From Octopus vulgaris (lineage: Eukaryota): DNA of 64,000 nt. Numbering within the stretch: the stretch's first letter is position 1; each line of letters starts with the position of its first letter. The notes beneath the pieces were generated by a model that was not told where the DNA came from, ran no database searches, and worked only from the letters and a program-made list of their open reading frames with translations. Below are positions 12,103-26,352 of the stretch, in pieces. A program made the position numbers and the translations under genes. Where the stretch lies: the NCBI GenBank assembly GCA_951406725.2, contig OX597814.1, forward strand, positions 48,174,001 to 48,238,000. The letters run 5' to 3'.

Positions 12103-12974
12103 TTGAGTCATCCCATAAATAATGCAATTTTTTTCAATTGCATGAACTAAAAGCTGGAGGGGGATACCATAAACTACCTGCATCAACTTGCTATAAAAGC
12201 AGGTAGTAATTTTACCTTGTACTTATTCTTCGTACAAGTTTTGAAGAGTGCAGTTTAATTTTAACAGTTATTTTTTCAAAGCTATAATGGAAGTAACAAA
12301 GGAGCGTATTTGGCATATTTTGCTTTATGAGTTCAACAAAAGGCAACAACGCAGTGGAAAGTGCGAGGAATATTAATGCAGTATATGGGGATTGGACAAT
12401 AAGTGTAAGCCAGTGTCAACGGTGGTTCCACAAATTCCGAGCCGGAAATTACAGCCTAGAAGACAAACTTCGTCCTGGAAGATCTGTAGAGCTCAATGAG
12501 GATGTTTTGTAAACCCTGACAGAACAAAATCCCATTGTAACTGTTGAGAAACTAGAAGAGAAGCTTGGATTTAGTCATTCATCATTCATGGACACCTGCA
12601 TGCCATCTGGAGATGATTATCTTTGGTTTCAAGATGAAAGGTGTTCTTCCATCAGGATTAATGCTCAGCCACATGCAGAAAGGATGACATTCCAAAGGCT
12701 GGAGCAGGTTGAATGGGAAACAATACTTCACCCACCATATTCCACAGTCTTCAAAATGATTTGGACAGAAAAAATATTAATTCTGTAGATGGGGGTCAGA
12801 ACAGTACAGGAGGAATGTTTTTCATCGTGGAAGAGGGGCCTTATAAGTCTACTAGATAGATAGAAGAGCATTGTAGAAAATGAAGGGGAGCATATTTTAG
12901 ATGAAAAAGGAACTTTATTTAAATTTTGAAAAATAAAAAGTATAAAAAATTGCATTATTTATGGGATGACCCAA
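12103..12974 (+). mobile_element. Internally deleted mariner transposon
   Basis: About 30-bp TIRs TTG(A/G)GTCATCCCATAAATAATGCAATTTTT with TA TSDs; frameshifted transposase from ATG 12287 (MEVTKERIWHILLYEF..ARNINAVYG..QRWFHKFRAGNYSLED..R.GRS..; HPPYS). Confidence 0.9.
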
Positions 12975-13425
12975 TATATATGTGTGTGTGTATATATATA
13001 TAAATATATATATATAAACTCTCCTTCTTCCCTTCTTTCCTGAGCATCCAATAATACTATATTTGTTCCACGTCCTCGCGTTGTTGTGTTTTCTCTTTGT
13101 GTTTACATATATATATATGTATGCATACATATATATGCATATAAATATGTTTTATACACACACACACACACACACACATACACATGTATGCATGTGTGTG
13201 TGTAAATAAAAACATAAAAACTCAGGATGAATGAAAAGTGAATATAGATTTATTGAACCATGTGACTTCCATAGGATTATGGCTGTTATGTATGCATACA
13301 CACACACATAGACATATGTATGTATGCACATATATAGATACATACGTACATACATACATACATACACATATACAAATGCACACTTAGACACACCTTGTGC
13401 ATTTGTACACCTTTTGTCAATATAT

Positions 13426-13820
13426 TCTTTTACTCTTTTACTTGTTTCAGTCATTTGACTGTGGCCATGCTGGAGCACCGCCTTTTTAGTTGAGCAAATA
13501 GACCCCCAGGACTTATTCTTTGTAAGCCTAGTACTTATTCTATCAGTCTCTTTTGCCGAACTGCTAAGTTACGGGTACATAAACACACCAGCATCGGTTG
13601 TCAAGTGATGTTGGGAGGACAAACACAGACACACAAACACACATATATATGTATATACGATGGGCGTCTTTCAGTTTCCGTCTACCAAATCCACTCACAA
13701 GGCTTTGGTTGGCCTGAGGCTATAGTAGGAGACACTTGCCCAAGATGCCACGCAATGGGAGTGAACCCGGAACCATGTGGTTGGTAAGCAACCTAAGTAC
13801 CACACAGCCACTCCTATGCC
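13426..13820 (-). mobile_element. tRNA-derived SINE family 1, full length
   Basis: A/B boxes, CORE-like segment, internal (CA/TA)n and a GAAACAAGTAAAAGAGTA tail. Confidence 0.85.
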
Positions 13821-14090
13821 TATATTGTGATGAAATATGTGAACATTATCAAAGAAAAGCCAAAATACAACTAAAACAGTTTCCTTTGATTGATGTCTTT
13901 TGTGATATTTGTTCAGTGTCAAGTGAGATGCTACCTTGGCGCTTTTGTTATTAGAAATATCATGAAGCAGTGGCCGGCTGTTGGAAACCTATAACCAATG
14001 ATGCCTTGATCATAGTTTGTGATATAAAATCAATAAGTAAATAAATAAATAAATGAATAAATAAATAAATATATCTTTTTTTCTTTTTTT

Positions 14091-14484
14091 CTCTTTTTTA
14101 ATTGTTTCAGTCATTTGACTGTGGCCATGCTGGAGCACCGCCTTTTGTCAAGCAAATCGACCCCAGGACTTATTCTTTGTAAGCCTAGTACTTATTCTAT
14201 CGTTCTCTTTGGCTGAACCGCTAAGTTACGGGGAAGTAAGCACACCAGCATCGGTTGTCAAGCGATGTTGGGGGGACAAACACAGACACACACACACATA
14301 TATATATATATACATATATATGATGGGCTTCTTTCAGTTTCTGTCTACCAAATCCACTCACAAGGCTTTGGTCGGCCCGAGGCTATAGTAGAAGGCACTT
14401 GCCCAAGGTTCCACGCAGTGGGACCGAACCTGGAACCACGAGGTTCGTAAGCAAGCTACTTACCACACAGCCACTCCTACGCCT
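14091..14484 (-). mobile_element. tRNA-derived SINE family 1, full length
   Basis: Near-identical to 13426-13820; retains many CpGs (young copy). Confidence 0.85.
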
Positions 14485-15304
14485 GAATATATGGATGTGT
14501 GGTTAAGAAGTATGTGTGTGTGTGTATGTATGTTTGTTTCTTCTTTTCTTGACATTGCATGGTAGTTGTAAATGAGTTTCACTGTCATACAAGCAGTGTC
14601 ATTCATTTCGAATATTCTGCCAAATTATGTTTGGCCATGGGAAAATATTACCTTGTTTGAACACAGGTGAGGGTTGGTGACAAGAAGGGCATCCAGACAT
14701 AGAAAACCTAACTCAATAAACTTTGTCCAACCCATGTAAGCATAGAAAAGTGGATGTTAAAAAATGAATGATTGTAAAATGAGGATGATAGTGGAACTAA
14801 GGTTATTGTTGTCACCAGGCTTGTTCCACTTCATCCTCTTTGTTGTACCATCTCTTATCAATGCAGGTGTGTTGGATGAGTCCATAATACAGCACATTTC
14901 CATTGTTTTTGGTCTTGTGTTATCTTATTAATGAGATTTGTTCTCAACAATTTCTTAGTCACTCTCTACTAAAAGTAAGAACCCTACAACACTTTTTCTT
15001 ACAACTTTCTATACCTTTGGAACAGCCTCTTTTGCCTACATAAAACTATACCTTGAAGCCTTATTTCACTTCTTGCAAATTAATATAATGCATTTAAGAC
15101 CCCCACAGATAATCAGATTCATACTTGTTGCATGTGTTTCATACAGTCTGAATTTTTTTATACATAAAATCTTTTGTTCTCAGAACACTTACAACCCTTG
15201 AACTTTTATTTTAGCAACTTTATTTTCACTAGAACTAATCTGTGGTTCTAGGAAACTATGATTGGATTATGGATATAAATATATTCTCATGTACGTCAAC
15301 TCCA

Positions 15305-15646
15305 ACATCAAAATAAAAATCAAATGGAAATTGTAGTTAAGATACCCGTGCCGGTGACACGTAAAAAGCACCGTCTGAACGTAGCTGATGCCAGCGTCCG
15401 TGTCGGTGACACATAAAAAGCACCAACCGATCATGGCCGTTTGCCAGCCTCCTCTGGCCCCTGTGCTGGTGGCACGTAAAAAGCACCCACTACACTCACA
15501 GAGTGGTTGGCGTTTGGAAGGGCATCCAGCTGTAGAAACACTGCCAGATCAGACTAGGCCTGGCGCAGCCTCCAGGCTTCCCAAAACCCAGTTGAACCGT
15601 CCAACCCATGCTAGCATGGAAAACAGACGTTAAACAATGATGATGT
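15305..15646 (+). mobile_element. RTE-LINE 3' UTR/tail
   Basis: GTGCCGGTGRCACGTAAAAAGCACC repeats plus (GAT)n tail; homologous to 52669-53100. Confidence 0.8.
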
Positions 15647-17100
15647 GTACAGAAATAAATATATTATCATATGTATAGAACATAGACACTCAGAATAATT
15701 GATTTTCTGGGCTAACTTGATGAGAAAAATCTTTAAAATAAATAATGAATACAATGACTTGTTAGGTTTATTATATATCAAAAGACAGAAATGTTACTTA
15801 ATCTGAGCTTAGTCAAATGTGTACTTGACATCTGCTGTATTATTATAGTTTGACTGACAGTAAATTTATAACTTGTTCTATCTTGATAGAATTGATAAAC
15901 TTGGCTTAATTTTATTGGCTGGTTTTCCTTATAACAAATGTATCATATATCAATAATAAGATGTGAAATGTTTTTTGTCGATAAAATATTCATTTGTTTG
16001 TATGATATAAGATTTCATAGTTGAGAATTTTAAATTAAGAAAACAAGGGTCTAATATATTTAAAGTTTAGGAATTCTGGACTTAAAATAAGTATGAAAAT
16101 AATAAACTATTAGAAATTGTTCTATCAGGTTTTATGAACTGAGTGTTCTTTTTTGCACTGTGCTGGGTTTATATCAAAATGCTTAATTTATGTGATGTGA
16201 AGGAGGTAAAAGACGGAAGCAAAGAGAGAATTGCGGTAGCCTTACCTGTTGTTCTGGAAAAGGGTCACTTTCAATGTCCACGTGCTCTGTCTCAATCTGC
16301 AAGATTCACTCAATGTCCACATGTGCTATCCATCACTGTACAGTCAAACACATCTGCTCTGATGTGCTGTCCACTGACCACTCACACCTCCCTGACCCCA
16401 CATGCCTACTGTGGCCCTTCCAGCAGGGCACACAGGCTCCACTTCCGACAGGACATGCCTACTCCCTCACTTCTGGTCCTTCCCTACAATACACCCTGGC
16501 TCATAACACCACAATTCACACTAGGCCAAGTCATCTTGTTGAAAATATAGATCATAAGAAGATGCAGCTCCCTAATATAAACAGCAGAGGTACTGTACCA
16601 ACAAGCAATAGTGACCTATAAGAAATGGAAGCTAAATCTCCCTTAAGTTATACCTTACTGTCTTAAATAAAAGAAAGGGCATGTTGGATAATGTGGTCCT
16701 AGATAAATATGACAGAATGGTTGATGGTCTCTGTGGAATACCTTTGATGTTAACTCTGCTTGATCAGGGCTAACCCGGGGCTAAACAACAACAAAAATAG
16801 TCTCTATATTATGAAGGAATATTTCATTACCTTATGAAACTGACCTAAAGTTTTCCACTGGACAACTGGATACCAAATGGAATGTTGCTAGTAGCATTAT
16901 AGATGACAACCATACAATTAAGATGGCTTGAGCTGAGTCATTATTGGCTTATAGTAGCAATTTAATTTTGTGATTCTCTTCTGAAAAGGGGAAAGTATAT
17001 TCATGGACTTTGTGACTAAACTAGTTTAATTGTTTTTGTATCTCAAGAAAGTCATTGTGGCAATGACAAACATGCACTGGTGCTATTTCACATACTTTAT

Positions 17101-17224
17101 TATTATTGGTCAGTTAGCTAACCATGGACTCTGATGAACCTGGTTGATTGATTAATTGACCAAACAATTAATCAAACTATCAATTAGTTAATTGGTTAAA
17201 TGGTTAACTAATTGACTAATAATA
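17101..17224. mobile_element. Short AT-rich hairpin element (MITE-like)
   Basis: 25-bp terminal inverted repeats (22/25 match) and an internal hairpin TGATTAATTG-N6-CAATTAATCA. Confidence 0.5.
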
Positions 17225-18403
17225 AAAAATGAAGTGAATTAGAACCAGGGAGTTGCTTATTATTAACTTAATGACCTGAGAGACAACAAAATATGTTTCA
17301 ACACATGAGTTGACATCAAGAATCTTGTAAACCAAGCACAAAAACCAAATTATTTCATTGAATTTTCAACCAATCAGCTATTAGTATGCTGTTGTATCAA
17401 CAGGTACACCTTATTGCTGTTATCAGTGGCATACATAAACAGTTCAGTGGACATAGCAGACATTAAGCAGTCAACACTGCTTAGAACCTGTTGAATTGAT
17501 CAAACTATGCTAGTATGGAAGACAGACATAAAATGACGTTGATGAGGATGGTGAAGTATGTCAGTATTAAGTCATATCACCATGTAATCTGTTTTCTAAT
17601 ATCAAAACTGAAATTCTTTTCATCATGTTGTGTTCTACTAAAAGAGAAACCATGACTACTAATATTTGTCTTACCTTTATTAGACAGAATAAGAGCTATG
17701 GACAAGCTGTATATTGGAATTGGGATAATGATACACTTATATATGTTTTATCTCTCTTGCACTTTTCCATCCACTCCACTCTACTATATATCTCAATGGG
17801 TAGCCCTAACTCTCCTCTTACTCAGCCCTCCTCACTGTGCTTTTTTCACTCTCTAACTCACACTAACTAATATGCACTCATACTAACTCTTTCTCTTTAC
17901 CTTCTATTACTGCCTTCCTTAACACTGTTAGTATCTTCATTAACACCCTCTGCCAACAATAAATCTGTTCCTTCCACCAAACTTTAACTTCTAAACACAT
18001 TGTCTAAAATCACCACCCTTTTTTCCTTAATCTCTCTCACTGAAGTCACCTCATGATGTCGGTACCATAAAATAGTACCCAATACATTCAGTAAAAGAGG
18101 GTGACATCAAGAAGGAAATTCAATCATAGCAACTGTGCTAAAATTGAAACACTGGAGCATGACTGGATCCACCAAATTATTCATGTCCTGTCAAAATGTC
18201 TGAGCCAGTATGGAAATCGGACAGAAAATGATGAAAATAATGATGATGATGTTTTATGTAGTAAAGTACCTACTAGCATACTTAATGTTGAAAATAAGAA
18301 GACCTGGACAAATCAAGAATAATTCTCAAATTAAGGAAAGGTAAAAATTGGATTAAAACTTAAATCAGTCTGAGAATGAATGTGTATTAGTAATTTCTTA
18401 TAT

Positions 18404-18436
<33 letters not shown>

Positions 18437-18783
18437 GTTTAACGTCCGCTTTCCATGCTAGTATGGGTTGGACGATTTTGACTGAGGGCTGGTGAACCAG
18501 ATGGCTGCACCAGACTCCAATCTTGATTTGCAGAGTTTCTACAGCTGGATGTCCTTCCTAATGCCAACCACTCTGAGTGGGCGCTTTTTATGTGCCACCG
18601 GCACAGGGGCCAGTCAGGCAGTACTGGCAATGACCTCGCTTGAATCTTTTACAAATGCCACCAGCACAGGTGTCAGTAAGGTGACATTGGTAATGATCAG
18701 GCTCGAATGGGGGCCTTTTACGTGCCACTGGCATGGAAGCCAGTTGGCTGCTCTGTTAACGATCAAGCTTGGATGGTGCTCTT
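18404..18783 (-). mobile_element. RTE-LINE 3' UTR/tail
   Basis: (CAT)n-CGTTTAACGTCCGCTTTCCATGCTAG...; homologous to 52669-53100. Confidence 0.8.
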
Positions 18784-20732
18784 ATCAATTTTTTATTACT
18801 GTTCATTAGTATGCATATATTTGAAATTATCAAACTTTATTTTTGTTAATTTATTGCTAGACATGATTAATTATATCATCATTTTTACATCTGCTTTTCC
18901 ATATTTGCTTGGGTTGGATGGGTCTTTTCCAACACAGTGTATCACCATTTGTTGCTTTGTTTTGTCATCTTTTGTTTGAGGCTCAACACCCCAAAATTAG
19001 CTTTCATGATATTTTCTCATTTCTTCTTTGGTCTTCTACCACTTGGATATCCTGGCACTTCTTTATCCATCTGCTATTTTCCATATGCATCCCACATCCA
19101 TACCAATGTAATCTTCATTCCAGCAGATTACTATTGATTCTTCTTATATCTAGTTTATCTTGTAGTTTATCTTTACCACATTGTTCATACATACTTACAT
19201 TACACATCCAGCACAGCATGCCTGTCTAATATCTCTCCATCTTTGCACATTTTGTCTTCAATCCCTGACCTTTCACTACCATGCTGCACCAAACTTTATG
19301 CACAAGCAACATAAAATTTACCCTTGCAAAGAGAGAATCCTATTATTGCTAAAGGGTTATATTATATTTTTTATTATACACTGATGTCTTAGTTTTCATT
19401 TTTTACTTAAACTAAAATTATTTTCCGCAAGTTCATCAAATATATAATTGTATATCTTAAGAAGTTAATATTTAGAGCAGTGTTGATATGATTCATTGAA
19501 CAAAAGTGGACAGTCATGATTTACAATTAAGAATGTTTGAAATATTAAGGAACAAAGTCTGAAACAACTCATTTTTGTTTAAAGTATAATAAATAAAACA
19601 TTATGATAAATTTGACATTTATTTCTGAGTTGTTCTATTACCCTGTATAGATCCACTGCTTCAGATATACAATATCTAGTTGAAGACTACATGGTACATT
19701 CTGACATGCTGTGGCTATCCAGTCTGTTACTGTATGTTTGTAGTTTAGTGAAAGCCAATCCTAAATAATCAAACCTACGATCAAAAATATTCCAGCTGTG
19801 GCCATCTCACTTTTTTTTGTATACATTTGACTATTTTATTCAGTGCGTTCTTTCACCGCTAGGGCATTAGGATGTGAATTGAAGGAATTTAGCAGCTATT
19901 TCTAGTAGTTTGAGAGATTGCATTGAATTTTCATTTTACCTGTAGGTTTTCAATGTGTGCTGTTGGACAAAATGGATTTGGTCTAAGTGTAACAGTTGCT
20001 GCTCATCTTTATTATTTCAAACATTCAAGCATTGTTTTTCTCTTTTAGTAGAACACAACATGATGAAAGGAATTTCAGTTTTGATATTAGAATGAATAAC
20101 AGTTAATCCTACAACATAATCCTAAGAACAACTAATTCTTCCTTTGTACTTCTGACAAATTCAAACAGCTCACATACCCTGAAATAACAGCAACTGCATC
20201 AGTCATTTCACTAGAGCCTAAAAAAACGTAATGAGCAACTTATGACTCATGGGTCTTTCTAAAAAGCGTCCCTAACAAAGAAATACCTTGAATTTTTTTA
20301 GTAGTAACCTGCCTAATGGTGTGCCTGAAGTTGTTAGTTGTGGTATGACAATGCCATTGTTAGTGTTGTTGATGCAGTTCATTACTTTGTGTAGTGTTTT
20401 TACTGCTTGTTTTCTTGTTTATGTTGGATATGAACATTTATTAGTGTTTTTCTCTTATTTTTCTTCGATTTGTTTTCTTTGTTACTGAGTTGTATTTTTC
20501 TTCATTGTGATGTTGGCAGGTTGTCTGAAGTTATTCTTAACTTATTGCATTTTAGGATTGTATTCCAGAGTTAAAGTTAAGTTTTCCATTTGGTTTTTTC
20601 ACTTTTTTTTTTATAGTGGTAAATTGTAGTTTGGTGGAAAATGGACTTTTAATGATAGCTGCTCTGCTGCTAATGTTGAGTCTCCTTTTTGGGTTTATCA
20701 TTTTTAATCTTGATTTATGAAGTGCAATATCT

Positions 20733-20956
20733 ATTTCTTTACTACCCACAAGGAGCTAAACACAGAAGAACAAACAAGGACAGACACACGGATTAAGTTG
20801 ATTATATCGACCCCAGTACATAACTGGTACTTATTTAATCAACCTCGAAAGGATGAAAGGCAAAGTCGACCTCAGCGGAATTTGAACTCAGAACGTAGTG
20901 GCAGACAAAATACTGCTAGCATTTCGCCTGGCGTGCTAATGATTCTGCCAGCTCAT
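20733..20956 (-). mobile_element. tRNA-derived SINE family 2
   Basis: Aligns with 22280-22495, 27017-27250, 59467-59696 and 61779-62003. Confidence 0.85.
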
Positions 20957-21287
20957 CAATGAAATAAAATGTTCTGCAACTGTTCATCTTTTGAATTCAC
21001 ACTTTACTACGGCTATTGTTTTGTGCTATGAAATTCTGCTTCTCAACTGGACTACTTTTGAACAAGTAAATTTTAAGAAAAGATTAACTTAATTTTTCTT
21101 ATATCAGGATAATTGCATTGGAGGAAATTGTGCTGCTGGAATTGATACCTTTTTTTTATGATAAAATTTGGCACAACAATTGCGAAGATCAAATCTTACT
21201 TTACTTGATGTACCATTTTCACATTTGTGATGTAAACAAATTTCATCCCAGATTAACCTAAAAGAGAAGAATGACTGACTTATGATA

Positions 21288-21723
21288 CTCTCTTTGCTCT
21301 TACTCTTTTACTTGTTTCAGTCGTTTGACTGTGGCCATGCTGGAGCACTGCGTTTAGTCGAGCAAATCGACCCCAGGACTTATTCTTTGTAAGCCTAGTA
21401 CTTATTCTATCGGTCTTTTTTCCCGAACTGCTAAGTTACGGGGATGCAAGCACACCAGCATCTGTTGTCAAATGATGTTGGTGGGTACAAACACAGCCAC
21501 ACAAACATACACACACCCACACACACACCCACACACATACACACACATATACATATATATGATGAGCTTCTTTCAGTTTCTGTCTACCAAATCTACTCAC
21601 AAGGCTTTGGTTGGCCCGAGGCTATAGTAGAAGACACTTGCCCAAGGTGCCACGCAGTAGGACTGAACCTGGAATCATGTGGTTGGTAAGCAAGCTACTT
21701 ACCACACACCCACTCCTATGCCT
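21288..21723 (-). mobile_element. tRNA-derived SINE family 1, full length
   Basis: Homologous to the other family 1 copies. Confidence 0.85.
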
Positions 21724-22279
21724 GATGTATTGAAAGAATTAACTACTATTGCTGTTGTTATTGTTATTGGGGCGATCTAGTCAGTTTTACACAAGAAAAA
21801 AAAACGACCATCATGTTTATTTTTTTATTTTATAAGTTAGCCAGGGAAGAAGGAGAAGCACTTATGATAATTTGCAGACCTTTTAAGTTAGAGAATTTGA
21901 TGTGCATGATTATTAGGCTGAATGCATGCAGGGAAAATGTTGCTGAGAAAAGACCTGAGGTCTGATTCAAATATTGACTGAGTAAATTCTACTAAAGATA
22001 TCCCAGAACCAGATAGTAGTTGCTAATCAAATGTAACATTGTAACTGTACCCAACATCAAATCTAAGCTCTTCATTTTTAGAAGGCAAGAAGTTTAGAAG
22101 CTTCATTGAGTTGGTCAAGCAACTAAACTAAAACTTTTTGTCATTTTAGTCTACCTGATTATAAAATGGCACTACGGAGGTCTATCTGATTGTACCATGG
22201 AATAATACAATTGAATACTAATGTTAGACCAGAATCTACAATCAGTTTGGTTAGCCAAGATATTATACACAGGTTTTAA

Positions 22280-22495
22280 GGTGGCGAGCTGGCAGAAACG
22301 TTAGCACGCCGGGCGAAATGCATACCCGTATTTCGTCTGCCGTTACGTTCTGGGTTCAAATTCCGCCGAGGTTGACTTCGCTTTTCATCCTTTCGGGGTC
22401 GATAAATTAAGTACCACTTATGCACTGGGGTCGATCTAATTGACTTAATCCATTTGTCTGTCCTTGCTTGTCCCCTCTTTGGGCAATAAAGAAAT
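22280..22495 (+). mobile_element. tRNA-derived SINE family 2 with 20-bp TSD
   Basis: A-box-like TGGCAGAAACG and B-box GGTTCAAATTCC; TSD ATATTATACACAGGTTTTAA at 22260-22279 and 22496-22515. Confidence 0.9.
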
Positions 22496-23129
22496 ATATT
22501 ATACACAGGTTTTAATTCTAACTGTGCATATGTTGTTGTTGGCATCCTTTTTGTCTCGGGAGACAATGGAGTTGCGCATAAAATAATCTAGTCCGACTTT
22601 TGATGGTCAATATGCAACAGCCCATTCATGTTAAAATCATCATGTACATACAGAACACTAACTGCCAGGAAAGCAAACTATTTGATAACTTGGGAATCCC
22701 TAAAAAAAATCTTAATTTTTTAATGATACGTATTGTCTTTTTCTCAAGTGATTTTGACACAAAATGTCTAAATTGATAATAATTACACCACTTTTACTGA
22801 TGCATTACTAATCCCAGCCAATGAACCAGTCACCTCCTTTAATTTAGACAAAGTTTTACGAGTAGGCTGATGTTTTAGCATTTGATATGATTAAAAAAAA
22901 AGAACATGTTCTTCAGAAAATAGTATCAGTTTTCATATTCTTTAAGATATTGTTTGAAAAACAAAACAAAAAAAGTAAAAAAACAACAAAAACATAGAAA
23001 CAAAAGATATAAAGGACAAAAAACAAACAAAACAACAAATTGTAAGAAGACTTGTTTTAGCGCATATTAATTTCAACCTCTATCATGATTACAGTGAAAA
23101 ATCAGATTTACTTCAATAAATCACCAAAT

Positions 23130-23142
23130 ACTTGTGTGTGTA

Positions 23143-23174
<32 letters not shown>

Positions 23175-23228
23175 CATGTATGTATGTGTATATGTAAATG
23201 TATGATATATACATATACATATATATAT

Positions 23229-23285
<57 letters not shown>

Positions 23286-23376
23286 ATAGTGGGTTACATT
23301 CATAACCCCTATCATACTTTGTACTATATATATATGCACATACATACATACATATATACGTACATACATACATACG

Positions 23377-23409
<33 letters not shown>

Positions 23410-23428
23410 GTGTATGTGTGTGTGTGTA
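23130..23428. repeat. Compound microsatellite (GT)n/(AT)n/(CATA)n
   Basis: Direct inspection; similar tracts at 8575-8632, 37030-37286, 43490-43880, 45220-45540, 51990-52130 and 55267-55432. Confidence 0.95.
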
Positions 23429-23787
23429 TTTGATATTTTAGGAGTAAATCAAATAAGATCAGAGCTGTTTGCTATAATTTGCTGAATATGCCAGACCTCA
23501 GTTCTGGCATTTGTCCTATTAGTCCACTTATACATTTACAAGCCAAAGAGGTAGGTATTCGTAGTTGCTTACCTGCTACAAATGACAGCTAAACTTCTCT
23601 CAAAACCAATGCAATGCCTGGAAAAAATAAATAAATAAAGAGTAGATGGTCATGACTGGAATGCCTACGTTCCTGTATCTTCTCAATCAGAAGTGGCCTG
23701 AGGTTAAACAACAACAACAACAACAACAACAATGGCAGTAGTAATCTATACATTCAGCTCTTAACTTCACATACTTCATTTCAGTGC

Positions 23788-23821
<34 letters not shown>

Positions 23822-23920
23822 AATGCAGATGACTATCAAGCCAATCTAGGAAACTCTACACATTAGAAACAGCAACCAAACCTCTACAAAAGTACAACCC
23901 ACTGTCTTGAGAAAATAGAG

Positions 23921-24217
23921 GGATATATTAGACAATATACCATGCCTAATGGATATATTAGACAATGTACCATGCCTAATGGATATATTAGACAATATAC
24001 CATGCCTAATGGATATATTAGACAATATACTATGCCTAATGGATATATTAGATAATATACCTGCCTAATGGATATATTAGACAATATACCATGCCTAATG
24101 GATATATTAGACAATGTACCATGCCTAATGGATATATTAGACAATATACCATGCCTAATGGATATATTAGACAATATACCATGCCTAATGGATATATTAG
24201 ACAATATGCCATGCCTG
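23921..24217 (+). repeat. 30-bp minisatellite, about 10 copies (GGATATATTAGACAATATACCATGCCTAAT)
   Basis: Units start at 23921, 23951, 23981, 24011, 24041 (29 bp), 24070, 24100, 24130, 24160 and 24190. Confidence 0.97.
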
Positions 24218-25254
24218 AAAAAAATGATTGAATGTCACAGGGCTGGAATGCTCAATCAGGGCATGCTTGGTTAAACAATGACAAACATCAAGCCTTCATT
24301 TTCTTTCATAAATTTTTCTTATTTAGCCCTTTGCCTATACAAAGCATTTTTCATAAATTAGAATAGGTCTATTAGCCTTCTTACTTGACTGATCTCATCC
24401 AATCTGTATAACAAAATCTGCATTAAATTTACTTGTCACTACCCAGGGAGTCAAGTTATACATCAGTATAGTTATACAATTTAAAGCACTGTCAACGATA
24501 GTTATTCTCTGGTTATCTCATACTTTGAAAGGAAGTTAAAATACCCCCAACTCCCCATCAAAAACTTCTTTTTTTATTGACTACCTTTTCCAATGATTAT
24601 TTTCAAAATTTGAAACAATAAACTTTTTGTATTTTGAGCCATTCAACAGTGCTATGGAATCACCATATTTTATTATTAATTTCTTTTGATAACGTATGGG
24701 GTAAGTCTTTGTTGGTATATAGTATATGAAAATATCTAATTAAATTGCTTTAGTGTAATAATACCTAATGATTAGTATTATTTCATCAATTCCAGATGTT
24801 CCTTCAACTAGAATTGATAAAACTAAAGTCACTTTTAGGTGATACTTGAATCCAAATGTAGAGAGAATGCATTGTTTCTGCTAATTTTGTTCTATTGACA
24901 TTCTTAATACTGTTATTTCTTAATTCATAGGTCTAACTAAATGTGATATTTATAATCTATCTGTCTGTTTGCTTGTCTGTCTGCCTACCCGTCTATCTAA
25001 AGTATATCATACAGGGTTGGCCAAAAGTCACCTGGCAGTAAATCAAAATTCCATAAATACTATCTGTAATTCTGTATTGACTGAATGGAAAAATGAATCA
25101 CTCAAGAAGGACTTCAGTTGAACAATTTTTATGATGTTTCATATTTAGATGCTTTTATTAAATTCATTCAGTTGTTAAACATAAATAAATCTTCGAATTA
25201 AATGGCTTTAACCCTAACCCTGTATGTGTGTGTGTGTGTATGTATGTAAAGGTT

Positions 25255-25520
25255 CTGTGTTGCAATTTTCATGGGATTTTGCTTTTATCTGTGGTTGGAA
25301 AGGTACTTGCCCGCATTTTGTTAGAATGTTTAAATACCTTCATAGTTCCAAATATGGTGTATGAGTCTCAGTGTGGTTTTCACTCCTCCAGGGGTACAGC
25401 TGATTGTATCTTTACTATCAGACAATTTCAAGAAAAGTTCATTGAACAGAATCTTGCCTATACTATTGCTTTTTTGATTTCAGCAAAGCATTCAATACTG
25501 TTAATCAAAATGCTCTGTGT
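25255..25520 (+). mobile_element. RTE (BovB-like) reverse transcriptase fragment
   Basis: NFHGILLLSVVGKVLARIL...ESQCGFHSSRGTADCIFTIRQFQEK...DFSKAFNTVN. Confidence 0.85.
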
Positions 25521-26352
25521 GGTTGAAATTGGATATGCTATCTATGTGGGTGTCTTTTCAAAACATTGTTTGGTTTAAAAAACCATATCAGATGCTCTAA
25601 TGGTTCTAAGGTGTAGGTACAGGAGGTGGTCAAACTCAGCATAAGGTGTAGACAACCACCAAGTATGTATGTGTATACGTATCATACCTTTCTAACAATA
25701 TTCTAATGATTATTCAGAGGAGGAAGAACAGCAACCATGAAGCTTTCTAGGGTCTTCAAAACAAGTGGTATGAATAGATAAACTCTTTCAGAGATTAGAG
25801 AGCTGACCTATATGCTTGCAATAGAGGAGACTCCACTAAGAAAAAACCCAAGGACCTTGAGGTATTGTTACATTGAGGGATAAATATTAAATCTACCACC
25901 AAAGTACAGGTACTGATTGCATTTCCACATAGTTTCTCTCAACCTAATTTCGCATATAAGGTTGTTTTGATTGATTCAAGGCTAGAGAAGACACATGCTT
26001 AATGTACTTTGCAGTGGGATTGAACCTGAAACCGCTTTGTTACAAAGAAAACTTTTTAACCACACAATCATGCCTAGGTCAGTTTGATCTTGTTTGTTGT
26101 CTGATTGCAATGAAAGAATTTAAAATGCTTGATTTTGAACCAAAATGTGATTTAAATTTAGAATAAAGGTCTTTACTCTTAAATTCTGCATTGAATTTAA
26201 ATATCATCTAAATTTAAATCTTATCAGAAAATCCAGATTTTTTTTACAATTTTGCTGATGAGATCCAACACTTCATCCAACACTTGAAAAATACATCTGA
26301 ATTTGTTTTGAGAGCTAAAAGATCAGTTGCAAAGAGCAAATTTATAGCTTAA

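Noticed and set aside
20300-21220. Possible very old Penelope GIY-YIG remnant on the minus strand
   Set aside because: Only scattered words resemble the domain across frames; not supportable without a profile search.
23921-24217. 30-bp repeats as a CRISPR array, or ORFs 23884-24204 and 24068-24274 as genes
   Set aside because: Repeats are contiguous with no unique spacers, in eukaryotic DNA; the ORFs are by-products of a 30-bp period.
25208-25221. Telomeric TAACCC repeat
   Set aside because: Only two units.
26255-26290. Hammerhead-like CTGATGA (also at 17131 and 46558)
   Set aside because: No closing stem II followed by GAAA and no stem I pairing found.
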